Assembly (NCBI GenBank): GCA_964572155.1
Contig: CAZNDZ010000001.1
Location: forward strand, 207,300 to 271,299
Reading direction: 5' to 3'
DNA: 64,000 nucleotides
Source: an uncultured Planctomycetales bacterium
GTDB taxonomy: Bacteria > Omnitrophota > Gorgyraeia > Zapsychrales > Fredricksoniimonadaceae
The translations under genes and the position numbers were made by a program. The notes beneath the pieces were generated by a model, which saw only the letters and a program-made list of their open reading frames with translations, was not told the origin of the DNA and searched no databases. Below, one piece after another: positions 30,001 to 30,977 of this stretch (position 1 is the first letter of the stretch; the number at the start of each line of letters is the position of its first letter).

Positions 30001-30457
30001 CGTTGATCCAATTGACAATCGCTTTGATCTTTTCTTGATCGAATGCTGTCTTGGTTTCAAGCGCTAAGGCGTTTTTCTTTGAGGCATCTAGATTAATTAA
30101 AACATTAATGCCATCTTTGTTATTAGTATTATTAGATAATTGATTTAATAAATAGCGGACAGAGTTGCCAACTTGTGGCGCGGCTGTTTGTGGAGCATCC
30201 ATCCCTGGTTCGACAAAACGCACAACACCGGCGCGTTCGCCCCAGAGAACATTTGGATTATAATTAAACGCCCAGCTGACCTGGTCGGGAATAAAGACTG
30301 TTAAGACGAGAAGTGCGACGGAACGGATCCATAAATTAAAACGGCTTTGAGGAGCAGGTTCTTCAGGGACAAAAACAGCAACGTCCGAAATGGGCTGTAA
30401 ATTTTCGGAAACTTGCTTGCCTTGTTCTGGGTTTTTGTTTTCCCCGTCGTGAATCAT
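1..30457 (-). CDS. Giant multidomain membrane-anchored protein, partial (>=10,152 codons in window; C-terminus beyond window start)
   Basis: ATG at 30457 (minus) gives MIHDGENKNPEQGKQVSENLQPISDVAVFVPEEPAPQSRFNLWIRSVALLVLTVFIPDQVSWAFNYNPNVLWGERAGVV... Hand translation at 30457, ~29650, ~17270, ~16830, ~11590, ~5040, ~4100 and ~1260 all fall in the same register (upper codon position = 1 mod 3) with no stop. The ORF track shows no minus ORF >=65 aa anywhere in 1..30460. That is only possible if one minus frame stays open and lacks an in-window stop. No SD precedes the ATG; an alternative TTG sits at 30502 just after an in-frame TAA (30509-30511). Confidence 0.85.
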   Translation of the reverse strand, partial: MIHDGENKNPEQGKQVSENLQPISDVAVFVPEEPAPQSRFNLWIRSVALLVLTVFIPDQVSWAFNYNPNVLWGERAGVVRFVEPGMDAPQTAAPQVGNSVRYLLNQLSNNTNNKDGINVLINLDASKKNALALETKTAFDQEKIKAIVNWINDEKVHPINCATFSLKDIADSQNKNRSVEELAVLTIATDLMSDLIKVGEPKLKSTLFAINKVGNALGLNYVSVKTAREDVLKLNTPFIAHLKGEHFVTVQKVTADKVTVMDLGQSQILDRATLEAKLDGVAYAPDPKTIEGLDFEYIPKALQAFAWGDKWRDRSNELPGFVKDSTVFMNLAITAVSSFIPGIGSGNIALSLAISSFTQTIATICVQNGTCSAGGAFILSSALSMGLSMGLTPEPTVPTNTAASSATSSIGSMWDQLKEAVGNFIDGLKGGGDVVVGGPMSSGVIEAGTLAPLDVAVTPDFMSGVTQAAPVMVGSSNMNAAVVPKLNFYQKFAVGFVAGGATGAVKLAITNAITKKMCGDKECSASKGILKDFLVSAISSLASNVVLRVGSAAFDQATTDENGVSKYQVGKLFGFGTSEQAKSKATGGYVLNDKGEVTEGSGVALEAHLMAQRDVDATLRAQDQYVEGAKNPVGSKPISKEAYVQMVYERESAIFDGIKLDENGNVVIIKPELRGVYARTYTGSFSKVTDWTPESIGTAFNEAFKAEIPGMAGQLGMMAGRLFAYKVAGIKPDSLASQSLGQFMSYTANASADQWMATGSADYLFKGDKGDFWKSNVGQAVKTGLVQGAFSIGFTALQSAIIGKDDKSYSYREKQAKFRTLFFFASSAAAAGLNYYLNNNYLTPEQQQQVASKNGFWSSFVDDLGGNKEKGVQGLMAPGLEMIWGTPYLNNLQSTGNWGSGKNFVAYADTMAGITGINVDWVLKANQIEKDLKAQAAAEGKPYDRRAFVIALWQQRLFQPGLISNDHISSSLASNIYDNIKAIAVEIPMSAVINKPVVMAGLVQIGVKINPTLLSGTIAENGDNEFSAPQVLAIKEPESKDDASAAPAWKTAFSKIQSMSDWGLNYRGYAHFFTENDVAPEAIANGSAPKYLDINMISSADCKDGKCVMSGFGGKDSFRLEAIQNKNNGQFVFNEFMADITRKNYRKFDLTFGDGQSFGLTEKDEESKAKFTTNANEAIRNAKGQVVLGGSSINEGFQRDLGLAGVNIIDRQIIGTQELTNTYSKNPLTGISGDILKIYDSSNNGAYGGQWDQNDPKKARNGATQVVSLGGGEASWIQSDLNEANGQMSKGWSYKASTDSFNQFGFLKVNGKMTDVSEKLYGVKNKLSAMTEDAGEFDPAIVAAINKSKGSILEGINQEVLSAIYSEDSVKFVNSMKGVNATRQTMNYGAGESETNSNVFSLTGTLENGKDPNKGRVYSSLLTFSPSFEKNNDLTVVRSRGEGVGDTSVYMPNLSGSQYARIDGVNINGNRRTGGEIIGGQVLTLSNGKNGFIKETPDVIAMMSDVNYKQNKTDLSEAAVPADEYGKNLSKAAGSDGSVAERALLEGKSARGLASFSQGDASVDDKGNWRFIYNDATGTFVDNKDGRPEMFTATAGGTFDVNGKSYNQRMVIGENGVFTNHGVFRYKDAQGKEDVLTGTNSDYSFNGAIAKATNQYVVVGKDGSVNRYNLNGSDVSKSQLSEQFAKGGEENVLPALISGSAPTIRFEKGFKKESKLVDDVSVFGPQGLEAKLKQETKIQSEVEQELVLTATGDKREAGSAIEGFNTVAGKVKNIAGSVYLDGVQTAILMPHVKKVMEDGERSNVYETNAAFITRDGKKTLGSRWDMINLTKNSYYLKIAADQKGGTGGASTLEKNENDPNTLVKLDGSLNANGEYTPVQVNGVNDKKVATEFLGKYSGQYEDNRMSGAGLTDGYLGFTDDWSKGTNSLAQDTHYIRILSDNNLARADGSVLMTNAKEGRPQIGVDIIDGKWFVDHGTLTKIPNKFDIKNGAIKTFIIAKYLDYKPTLVLSKSFDATETDRKKAYDTTLSKFTVEANGGPDSYMFMEDNGDVFVPAWMRGVKAYGTEQQINSKNGKTLNAKLDGFKRDGSGLVSKSWILGTGDVSDKNVTNKKPSEEKSNSKAVAAVNGITIDQNLEANPSDKNNPLKAKANPLSVIENNLANPKFKAKNVNVLGIRGGIGDEAVYSTVSIKDLRNAKKPTNVNGVEEAGVLNVANAVLNSNSTTSKLFFKIGDGSLTHDLSQTKAFTLSRNVTEAAPLNSQRDTVVKDEAKGVDLTVKSNVDLARKAGEADALVMLIDMPTYMTPTGSKVIGGHLQLLGTESLVARVNNLTVDGQTIIAGQDGKKWTNMNIVEPLNVNSKGAFTGLIDTNFNLSEAKAGDFNVTSGKIETFTPQTTNAQGLMTGLSGVYDAKAVGLGFLTTDDEWKAAGNTDTRGRAWGFRFIGSLADTSTINTKPTDPTSTQKPENKVEQVLKQKFETFGLTKEEAYKALAGQGYGIHNIKDVELTKMADGKVGVNILYEKSAMKSSFAVIDAKGIPQEEGKPKVSEKDYVAKARLVTPDYALLTGDGSVNDKGKKNELLVAFNQENGSFSSTAGTATKVDYNNAVYGFSAQDGDKVNHVMYRMNEDKYGNVSFALQNVAVTNASGSANNDLSGYYSGKDVKVITGTDINSGQHKVLVVAKDDSFLRQYFKGSDSLEEGEFTRRANQAFDLTTGKAITAPMTIKTGDNEYWSVLAHDVFKERTQFSQFFTDGYKGEGRQTIFKDRLRNYFGASEQLGDSLDVSNISILGGANAALVLAGGVGMVTKGVAATANAAKAMPLANALEGGISARLLTGAAQDILKASVASEISGTGKLVTSANAISNLGKTAIVGNVAGFGLGGVIGGVNMYANGASFDDAMVTAVNVAKANGVFSGGLAFAARGVAGADGWIATTKLLNNDTRFAKFLVNDSMAASTLRTIGSAIPSSLGGAAINTLRGGIDYNGSWSDYFTSQNFAKDAGVGLALGAGFGTVKALAAAKNVGVSPWVNGAGYGAISVGGGLINDGGEYTFSKLGRDLAIGTLTGRYLVNGASTWAGSNLFRQTAARFGTKEAIATKELSNSIPAIAKIKDSAFYKAVSPTLSQPIVAGSAIGGGVGALTWARSDEQGVESFLKYTAGGAAIGAIAGSGALRYAFSHPTIINAAGQKTPAILSKTQIAAQVGTGMGLGATAGFAISFADAKLKGADVLDSRRLNHMLYGAVAGAGLSSLSLMRQGMNNWAQTGKWSSSPVGDMSMLQRIAQNPMIVPRLSVVGATDFGLMMPAWSMIDVPVRVIANGGTVESAYQEHFATNLMTGQAIEPGDLMKKLARDVSGGMEMGRTIGVLLPLGQMPLKAFTEGASKYEAQAYNFIATKGHALPITILQLDATENIAHSVLVKDKDLQKRLRDEGVELAKIQGYTNALDIEYSADAYAAAKIQEKAQTIAFYSLMLKPAGATEAQTAIADARLAMSQGRSIDAQSSINRAMALSGKNNTEAEFLNYTNSLSRATELEKTATTATSDKKADINKQAQDIRDTAYKTLMDKVASITGTEARGDALTLAALAEGAKAADLVSRGFTAEVADKNPNIANVTGPTLAVAATEVGLAYRAQDNYLEQAANAYQGKLGALGKLNAGYTNIQQFKNAIPVERIVNQIRYAASQNKFEDMAKFAKELIAIPEHAVRGNLLLAQAKTRNIEALKKENATTNKTEIERLQTEAVVALEAANKNLAESKNRDDINNVTQRADILTQQAQIESARNESSTEAGIKFLGERISIAPKDAAAYIAKIKILSNNPAEGGRISIDAVVETAKKNGANHIETISRLAAQESSTYYQRSIRTLLEHRVRDSKHLEQAISLATEGLSRDESNLSLRLMRASAMMERSGGRETAEIRQDLDVAQKQLDGISLFESPQLKSTLNTLEGQLAIREGAARPENEAGEFYTKAYEHFSKAVEVEGNSATAGQLYNKALALHLVEASGLKIEAAQPVDAILREAIAKEDSKTDLQIRQLQVLRGDVAVVAIGAKDNSIQKADDTQRRASAAEIVDVANQSEATSVRTLNDKQGNPTTVIRYYKNADAAQMLGKDGAFVVLSHPDGIREVIIVAKDSNAALHEMRELRATRGIELAENGSIKNLDASTMDLLGLKQTPEGLKSNKDPHDIAAAMYGASAQRGVSESRAPPKELPSDVRVVNIGAADNALVATPVRESTEARQQQKLAKTEVEALIGRFTARDARNTLTTDIVAKTIGLAGHGDTRGEVVKTEDIYMQGFGVEAPKLATKEAREQAIAETKLREEAEFRALQVVNTPTYDVTKIVERALQEYRKSKGESTQAAAEKPTPQTKEEQSFVKAVRTKLETKQSGSKQTTGEIMHTFFKNWHETLAKPAKDFKGLEFNAGQTAVVERLIDFTLSSKPKDSAMMAAILNMGGGKTDIVDQLMPIIKSNTDKQVILVTQDNLTSKYEKDEYRDGFEVSTIKSVGDKFEINDPSKVIVMSYTQAKMVDLARKTVEGGSKEVNPFKNAIVFADEAHLFYTSPAMIIGGSHDAGVAKVREWDERVVDGAKIKERERDTFGALVRIMGNLDKLMRASGPANLQKNTPNKKQGIRTLSDSHELSKDMMDALWKESAKDIQTYFGAESVEKPESFARYAEAAAWLHRAIENKTIRFEVKDDGRVLVYDPYEITANGERALNRLFSDKDGVNALAKVILAHYANEKASGTELAGGSLKILENGRINDNGLQLWARHVDGKESVKSTGADVLELVRASGGRTVMLTGSPGESTQAMRNMGTEFYQLHEAPKFKDFEYKVRVMALPSDKAGNVDLAYEAALKDVAKRYQEAYERGENDTALLINTSMLTSLIDRYRLEKDGGEAKIKSFLESAGIKADDIFIYKPENATDGVGKAVGATMKERVGTIEIKQADVNQYRKANGGMSYETALKAVAAKAAREKIGQMVVLTSMTEGVNPTFGRNMKLDVRVEKVDGSVEAKSVVVDNVIQAKHVIIGARAESSLLQTMARFGSYVKDSIFDRANKRTNAKETEVLLLLDADIHLSDAQKARLDRIQQSKAPVAQKQIELRKQLEIIAQERSEDLAIRGSMDVVVEAAVNKAVAQTEQVNRERAIAHNTENVAGQHEQIVDGKTVRVRENQALIHRSDGTALIVDKNPVAITEKTTDRYVVVGANKVTFDSNQSFGDYGQVTLENSVWDKETGKVYSLEEWNRSDTPVFSHIITEQDVLRTNADKGFDVNTASTEKRLVMIAVKPEGADYVGQYTSQVVDTNTNQTFEITRQAIYNANYHGVKFGPEVTITQKDTNKEIVNTTTYRATPGSVQGTKEEYLTLHNIENDAVEAVLMEGQLMRLADKARLETTAKLRVFFDKERGGDDLVIRREWSFDQATKKLKNEKTTLVNPGRSLRNDLVAFESTDKLERKDNNSNHEQIWEVKAKNGDIKAILINGAVARVSNDSNGQKVAVQAKYATKAVVSYEGKNVTVSLPTEHRYEFSTENNTWQDKEVVVATSAFEDFKAGDVIKNGGVYSDTGKLKAVKFIDQIATIDAAGDVVIPDTNIWQSNLQTLGFDPKTVAQQGMKIASKEMIAKIKTYEDDLRYANQRRDVLSGNENAAPEPLAELIFKIKEVTARHGIDSVVTIDGAPVENVKNAAELVQHLKTLPADKKGSMPVLEFKNNNGVNNRLAGMIRTLMGQNVTENGFREQAEQQFYLADEAQPEQKDAVIAEAKQQVEALLQNKNMRVAFDPSMEMKNSAGLADNKTLSLGTNAMLYVLGMGWKVAEAGVPDHEIAHIFDRAARMAKVAPMIAGPSRVDIHNDLNKGLNRGIYNTQGYALGEIYTHIIEGSGKLQNAYRAKELGDEEGFNTFTKEAAKVFERSRNIAAASYQAATGALTVVEQALDKPETDSLIDIHADSETADVVDHANELLDAKIKVLDNQQAPLYDFTLKLPWMYQDRKVVDMDRTEQLKLAKEMLRKTVGMMEHKTALGDILVQVTQKYINDPAMSKLLENVRYSRLTEKDTQTLRMAAAVLKNNVDPVVEELDGSRTFKIKTNGTVNTVNIDKDGQIASVTGDPKVLENEMKDTFADVKAEYAAALHKQSDIWKKVQELADAETISAISTDPPKDKKTFEATAKQIAEGAKAIQAYRIADNIYGFIVDDRIGRQMFSRAEVHQEGQGNEYEAGDIVPAALAGTVGFAGENLTTQTVVAYLNDAKRGNHELTRQEKNFTSLLVNNGLIKETDGKWTVEKPAALFAAHVNAENPDVKNVQIVFAHEMIHSFEAVDPQNEAANKKSIKELQAKAVVPMVDAQGKSVKDQDVNLMDVARNFLVLQGYNPNDTQLIERELPAWLADVATMQERVRAYQENKRSVKELQAVLPLIQPEYAAKWKEIEQVFVKNHQDAVERNALNQKMQKDAGLKPVVAAIRQTTVQPQSATAFTPKTYEAKAGDALLSEETVKATIMKMAPTPTQKELGVTAVNYEVKGTLQPVIQSIVVNGTEISPAAFDKIVKAAYPNIKIMQTSNAAMAAVLNDSNDEENVLNAVVPSSVGVVNINTPASNSEQRIKFVEKVSFKEQVTFLAEKFGLDNGLDAFTVRNAKRQIAISPEAAEKALGGKVARIYEKVIQEQTFTVADIEALPTGKLIKSNLARLPNREEQIKFLDNVAVRLGKTPNSVNILNTLKTRPTEENTAFAAWEDIDLTTPLRSSKDNAMVTERDVEHAAGLIYAFRLPKAQETRAIQITSGYGGKPIQENVVQGLLSAFNSADKGTKEIMMAIVEHADAFSNDKLYSEASKIPADKDTKNNVANLIYNNLTKIKNLGERNRISHEIAARALTNLAILKGFPVEVVERFKPVVVDRIAETVPAQLEATTTQGPLTLNDVEVLSVSAPDKKDQLFYRTRLNLYRNAITEEGKQAVIAALEEKLGQKIEVEKPQAQMMADAKQPAVKPGTDDKNRTQRILQIGAIALAAGLAGNSQTIVDGKTAVVPASGNANVAVYDISKPEPTFIGNVIEKTEAVAQAIKESSKGVIEQGDKTLLATKEASQRILDRAAEIKERSQSVRAKIGAAIKEHTLPITLAVAGLMLAVTAWTARVRNKQEPKERTTTEPKFADTKPNFEDTTPNQPKTLAEHNAAAKAQKDMLGRYLTLAKDTGIYKAIIDDVDIRIKLGVMPKATDDQVIAALKATNKKDEIKELIAMKTSLHLVEKVPTKDLKEISKIFAQTAMNDLRALKPEIKVIDQTSVPAILKVNENDRQAIEKAIKVVSGINNPVERLKAEASFPALVELRVKNGIQKWAAQLLNDQKLIEQFAKDNVFVTYREEGIIEKLQMMTGKKFSNDEKQIITQHIKEIRQRDEVMDLWDATRSNPTKENTKAFNKLVLSELAARPSLLKAVLIEASQEIFANSVVYSDTDIDSKIAIPLTLKVARIISDQDELTANVKAIKQLTDSLKTNNEFKSATEKRRKEIFRALVTTLPAYTEQSTANQAMAALKNLLGIEDAATVKPDISETKRVTFAGIISNAFKAPKANVDSAMAPEINREKVTNVAFIKNATPKQLERAILATGLDLWIANNIFEQIQNVRTKGPEAISTVLAGYPALENNDFIKSVTLDGVVEAATFDVNKKAYFAEHNVPVDGDEGKAGIQKVTYEITTSGDVKPVAYKLDTNHPIVVKNRKMFNKVSGNLVFTPEQLASLYKVLKSAEGIDQEVIGKTLAKLNVDQAMIMPEVVTIKGIDEKVLRSTSLDKLKVIFRNMGINDSSRLNIIVEQIRSARSNNIANIMPLLTPYAELNQTTITQLKFNDKAVDVVYVPKTNQYEANYVVPESSEESQAGVQSIDYKVTLDARNQPIVVVDAYNFTKNAQINASLENILKGTIQPNVNVWKVKPAQLAPVFGSLMENAKKHALETLPAIVNVARKAASVHNDTLLAESVRLRSEKQAAPQKDYAQIAPREFKNLRAEVKRADPTISDKSYFNLLMKIGPDFAQTAKTVREQVRAQILDNASIARVLATFDRAQANLDRHNNRAQPVRKEKAQVGSSVVTSSGGITDKWADDKTWVEYKLGKMTDAAMKVQEFYNHRTLKLFGKDFTEADNFAQDVDFTALFELRTYLREQFAPLAWNNKQAIVASLVAMGKGLEKLQYTDRQRVLEQIIGVVLIGDNDSEDVKEMPADIANQTEAIVQAVVAQLGFESTTKQASENSILAVDAQTFNAYRALHLERMDAAMNAAEKAEATQASIQWFMRWKIAQPEAQEIVAALNEGKGFADVKSLLMIERAKPAAIKVAQPVAQEITMPEAATSDDQYQVPVMDQQQDTPNSFGDDFGNGEPAIVPETPMMPAPNVMPPTAPVILNLSEAMSVTKTAMNQEGRIVSDADSAMIGKLVTDTLTYAKDNNITAVLAYSTGSEKRLIKEAIANYPMLSSYYKDKVIEEVISAEDIRMIKASGNPGQYIFLTPEKQSIEHLSEQDVETLYEITGVPGNVITAKALYEAQADNQNFRDNLTGLTNRGGLQKAFNRIINAQVRNAGNERDVIVGVDVDNFKAVNDVFGHGTGDNVLKAVAQALQYRTRTSDVVARYGGEEFVIVLPNIDTEDARAFMTRLLKHIADNVTVPELSNKRNIVNALSKQDRNDTSKPYEALIYQIHLQNAVALKDLKQQFANLGEALDAVNNGQYKLNRWMITISAGTSSIDKQENARTHVSLSESNLILEQHIKVADARMYVIKTNGRNNFNMGDHAMSVDTKAVLVAFDQVVDTVESILGAESNFDADKFKAQVKIARELVKMNIAIAPNAQGKSLSKFMAALSYMAAGAPALILVREENDLTKFFQEPIVPQGSITFQALAEQVGQRIGKDFKLANMDALIKAHQASQNEQHPKGTALDKIKDQIKAREDDVANALNDNDTLKLISLTPRGHLPNQFKDNPEVLAGINNIKQAGVTIVDEIDDVILLETTFIRSAPESVGDNVVLKDLYVQVKKIYAALLKNGEVQFKFAPTKEGLDHKEEMVWNNQQLVPNSLTGENDFLVSEALYKKFAKSDRHLVESILRGLVENIGQRLTVGTNSQGKRQLVPNDRTGRPLFDQIFGQLPYQIVQTLKYNAAHPEDQLKAEDIVVTSHVTDENPVMEIFEGNVTGVSATLSGAEALLQVKTGVGEIVRIGQESNVFEQVADHIKHVEPIAVPESEQFAKVKELAGQIQQGQNSSTRLLALVDGPKAGEDLTAYLGSNGLKAVYLDGTNKDLVTEAVEGTQAGVVYVALPMFAKQFSFKGNLDVVVVNAQRWPTTDLTHGVNRNIRNANDTGNKYILYDAQEVGRSLEYILKEIANIEGLSGIPASLLTDLGNVKALAGSSDDIERLKAVTEYRQLLQRSNSYKHAILTFFRNENSTKAINEWMKIATPAQKELLAPIFFKESAGWYGNTMQELLKVYLSAAEWFRRAHEASIEAAERMRQDAIAILDDKQGTNSDLIAVIKAYDGEIASRRALVVPADQDLQGTPQGLNKLTAYGDKFNEAARLISGILPTNIANYNERPSVDVQAANAAKEQVIAFLNTIGLETSDVTVKTSDIMPNVMAIYNAAKAQGKNNIVRALQPLYSAGQKWQDAQAIYREGNFQQYVKKSEKAFSVAVAAINNLTPEDLKAIVAGSNGAVSPVDALDALGIQSLVTSILTQASIQQLSEKESTLLLTVAKVILTKLNELRTSLKAPSDEEKAASPNSNNTNSDDDSTGGTPAFLKTPILPGPVGTPVSTPTAPASPVAPSMPTPVGPAAAAPMASTGAMPSVTPVNATPESQHRASGEAFASTTQTATPRTQTVSATPRALTGPAAPLGLTYQPTNAQPSVTATTAAPATQAATTGTTNTSTTMPVAPTAAPVTPVTPLTVPIPAAGSGFGSPPMVFGLGTNAYGETTYRIITRADLEGRHNWDTLVKTDKGHDPGRSSVPAISSIASAHVAVNGENLQANAVQAVAAKTVVSVKTAESGLAQATSTSIRSRVVSKVANAARVVGTVVAALFIRDASAAEMPAFNVQTGSIVAEARAVMSKDIMVAALTQAQTGLTSVNAAGTKQDGVVYIGSSASSLSARAVSTATAEGVSARGLSKEPAGDSVLSTVSRGSKGVSSSTLSSGAVRNNSLNVSGNNVPAGTPASENGENSAEK
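760..1320 (-). repeat. Pro/Thr/Ala/Val-rich low-complexity linker in the giant protein
   Basis: Minus-frame translation ...KTPILPGPVGTPVSTPTAPASPVAPSMPTPVGPAAAAPMASTGAMPSVTPVNATPES...TATTAAPATQAATTGTTNTSTTMPVAPTAAPVTPVTPLTVP... The plus ORFs 762..968 and 1137..1682 are its Gly/Ala/Val-rich antisense shadows. Confidence 0.7.
3600..4100 (-). other. RecA-fold-like P-loop NTPase segment (DnaB/KaiC/RadA-like Walker A 'APNAQGKS', Walker B 'TIVDEID') right after the GGDEF domain
   Basis: Verified translation ...ELVKMNIAIAPNAQGKSLSKFMAALSYMAAGAPALILVREEND... About 100 aa later comes ...QAGVTIVDEIDDVILLE... The pattern resembles DnaB 'AARPSMGKT...SLEMS'. The assignment is tentative. Confidence 0.3.
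4230..5010 (-). other. GGDEF diguanylate cyclase domain (GGEEF active site 4694-4708, RxxD I-site) inside the giant protein
   Basis: Verified translation: ...LTGLTNRGGLQKAFNRIINAQVRNAGNERDVIVGVDVDNFKAVNDVFGHGTGDNVLKAVAQALQYRTRTSDVVARYGGEEFVIVLPN... Every hallmark of the GGDEF fold is present in canonical order: LTGLxNR, DxDxFKxxND, GHxxGD, RxxD and GGEEF. Confidence 0.85.
11582..11596 (-). other. HExxH zinc-binding-type motif (VFAHEMIHSFE) in the giant protein
   Basis: Direct translation of the complement of 11561-11600: ...QIVFAHEMIHSFEAVDPQNEAANKK... The motif alone is weak evidence for a zincin-like metallopeptidase. Confidence 0.25.
15500..17300 (-). other. Superfamily-2 helicase-like ATPase module (Walker A GGGKT and DEAH box) embedded in the giant protein
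   Basis: Verified by direct translation: ...FNAGQTAVVERLIDFTLSSKPKDSAMMAAILNMGGGKTDIVDQLMP... (Walker A, complement of 17121-17140). About 93 aa downstream: ...AIVFADEAHLFYT... (DEAH, complement of 16829-16840). Downstream helicase-C-like strings (MLTGSPG, VVLTSMTEGVN, QTMARFG) are from mental translation only. Confidence 0.5.
20400..22200 (-). other. Gly/Ala-rich hydrophobic region (glycine-zipper-like) of the giant protein
   Basis: Translation ...GGANAALVLAGGVGMVTKGVAATANAAKAMPLANALEGG...GFGLGGVIGGVNMY...AIGGGVGALTWA...VAGAGLSSLSL... The plus ORF 21519..22151 (210 aa) is its antisense shadow. Confidence 0.35.
22200..28000 (-). other. ~1,900-aa Asn/Gly/Thr/Ser/Asp/Lys-rich region of the giant protein, predicted beta-rich and extracellular or adhesin-like
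   Basis: My own minus-frame translation is dominated by short polar and beta-branched runs (e.g. ...GSVNRYNLNGSDVSKSQLSEQF..., ...TGTDINSGQHKVLVVAKDDSF...). I saw no long exact repeats. Composition was judged by eye, not computed. Confidence 0.3.
29350..29530 (-). other. Cluster of additional hydrophobic (probable TM) segments after the peptidase domain
   Basis: Mental translation gives ...STVFMNLAITAVSSFIPGIGSGNIALSLAISSF... and ...GGAFILSSALSMGLSMGL... The plus ORF 29385..29612 is the antisense shadow. Boundaries are approximate. Confidence 0.35.
29640..30000 (-). other. C39-like (papain-fold, Peptidase_C39_2-type) cysteine peptidase domain in the giant protein
   Basis: Hand-translated ...EKVHPINCATFSLKDIADSQNKNRSVEELAVLTIATDLM...LNTPFIAHLKGEHFVTVQKVTADKVTVMDLGQSQ... 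This matches the NCGP[TA]SLxM...HxVVVxGxD...VxxxDP order of C39-like domains: Cys in INCATF, His in GEHFVTV, Asp in VMDLG. Confidence 0.45.
30286..30343 (-). other. N-terminal transmembrane anchor of the giant protein (LWIRSVALLVLTVFIPDQV) after a ~38-aa polar N-terminus
   Basis: Direct translation of 30241-30457: a hydrophobic 19-residue stretch flanked by R and D. No cleavable signal-peptidase motif, so a signal-anchor is likely. Confidence 0.6.
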
Positions 30458-30724
30458 AACTGAAATATAACATATTATATGAACATTGCCAGTTTTTGGC
30501 AAATTATTTTACAGATTTATTCTGTTTAGTATCAACGACTTACGTCCCTTTCAAAATATATTTTAAAATACTTTACAAAACGTGGATTTTATGCATAAAA
30601 AAGTATCTATTTTTAGATATTTTGTGTGTAAAAACATAAAAATAAGTAATAAGATTTTATAAAATCTCTAACTTAGCCTCTCTTTTCTAGATATTATTTA
30701 TTAAAATGCTCTTTAATGGCCAAA

Positions 30725-30747
30725 TTAATTTCCAGACTGGAAATTAA
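30725..30747. promoter_or_regulatory. 23-bp perfect palindrome TTAATTTCCAG-A-CTGGAAATTAA in the divergent intergenic region
   Basis: Read directly: 11-bp arms around a central A. The AATTAATTTCCA half-site recurs at 30765-30776. This could be an operator for the giant gene and/or the divergent ATPase gene. Confidence 0.4.
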
Positions 30748-30751
30748 ACGC

Positions 30752-30782
30752 CAGAATGGATATTAAATTAATTTCCATTCTG
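30752..30782. promoter_or_regulatory. Second inverted repeat CAGAATGGA-N13-TCCATTCTG that shares the TTAATTTCCA motif with the first palindrome
   Basis: Read directly: 9-bp arms with an AT-rich 13-nt loop. No downstream T-tract, so an operator or RNA structure is more likely than an intrinsic terminator. Confidence 0.3.
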
Positions 30783-30942
30783 AATATGTAACGCTCCCTT
30801 CTTAAGACCCCGTCCTGCGACTTTAAATTTGGTGCAGTAAACTCCATTTCTTAGTGTAAAAGGGAGGTAGCTGAACCAAAAAATTTTTGTGGTTTCCGAT
30901 TAAACTGTTTATGACTTTAAATAACACTTGTGCATTTTAGTC

Positions 30943-30970
30943 TTGACTTTTCTGCAGATGTATGCATAAT
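30943..30970 (+). promoter_or_regulatory. Sigma70-like promoter TTGACT-N16-CATAAT that would start a leaderless transcript at ATG 30978
   Basis: TTGACT at 30943-30948 and CATAAT at 30965-30970. No SD precedes either GTG 30930 or ATG 30978. Confidence 0.3.
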
Positions 30971-30977
30971 AGTCAGC

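Noticed and set aside
30500-30511. TTG at 30502 as an alternative start of the giant gene
   Set aside because: It lies immediately after an in-frame TAA, adds only 15 residues and has no SD. ATG 30457 is preferred but not certain.
30930-30977. GTG start at 30930 extending the COG1373 ATPase by 16 aa (MHFSLDFSADVCIIVS)
   Set aside because: The extension is not family-like and overlaps a good -35/-10 promoter. The ATG at 30978 gives the typical MQRYL N-terminus. Kept as an alternative only.
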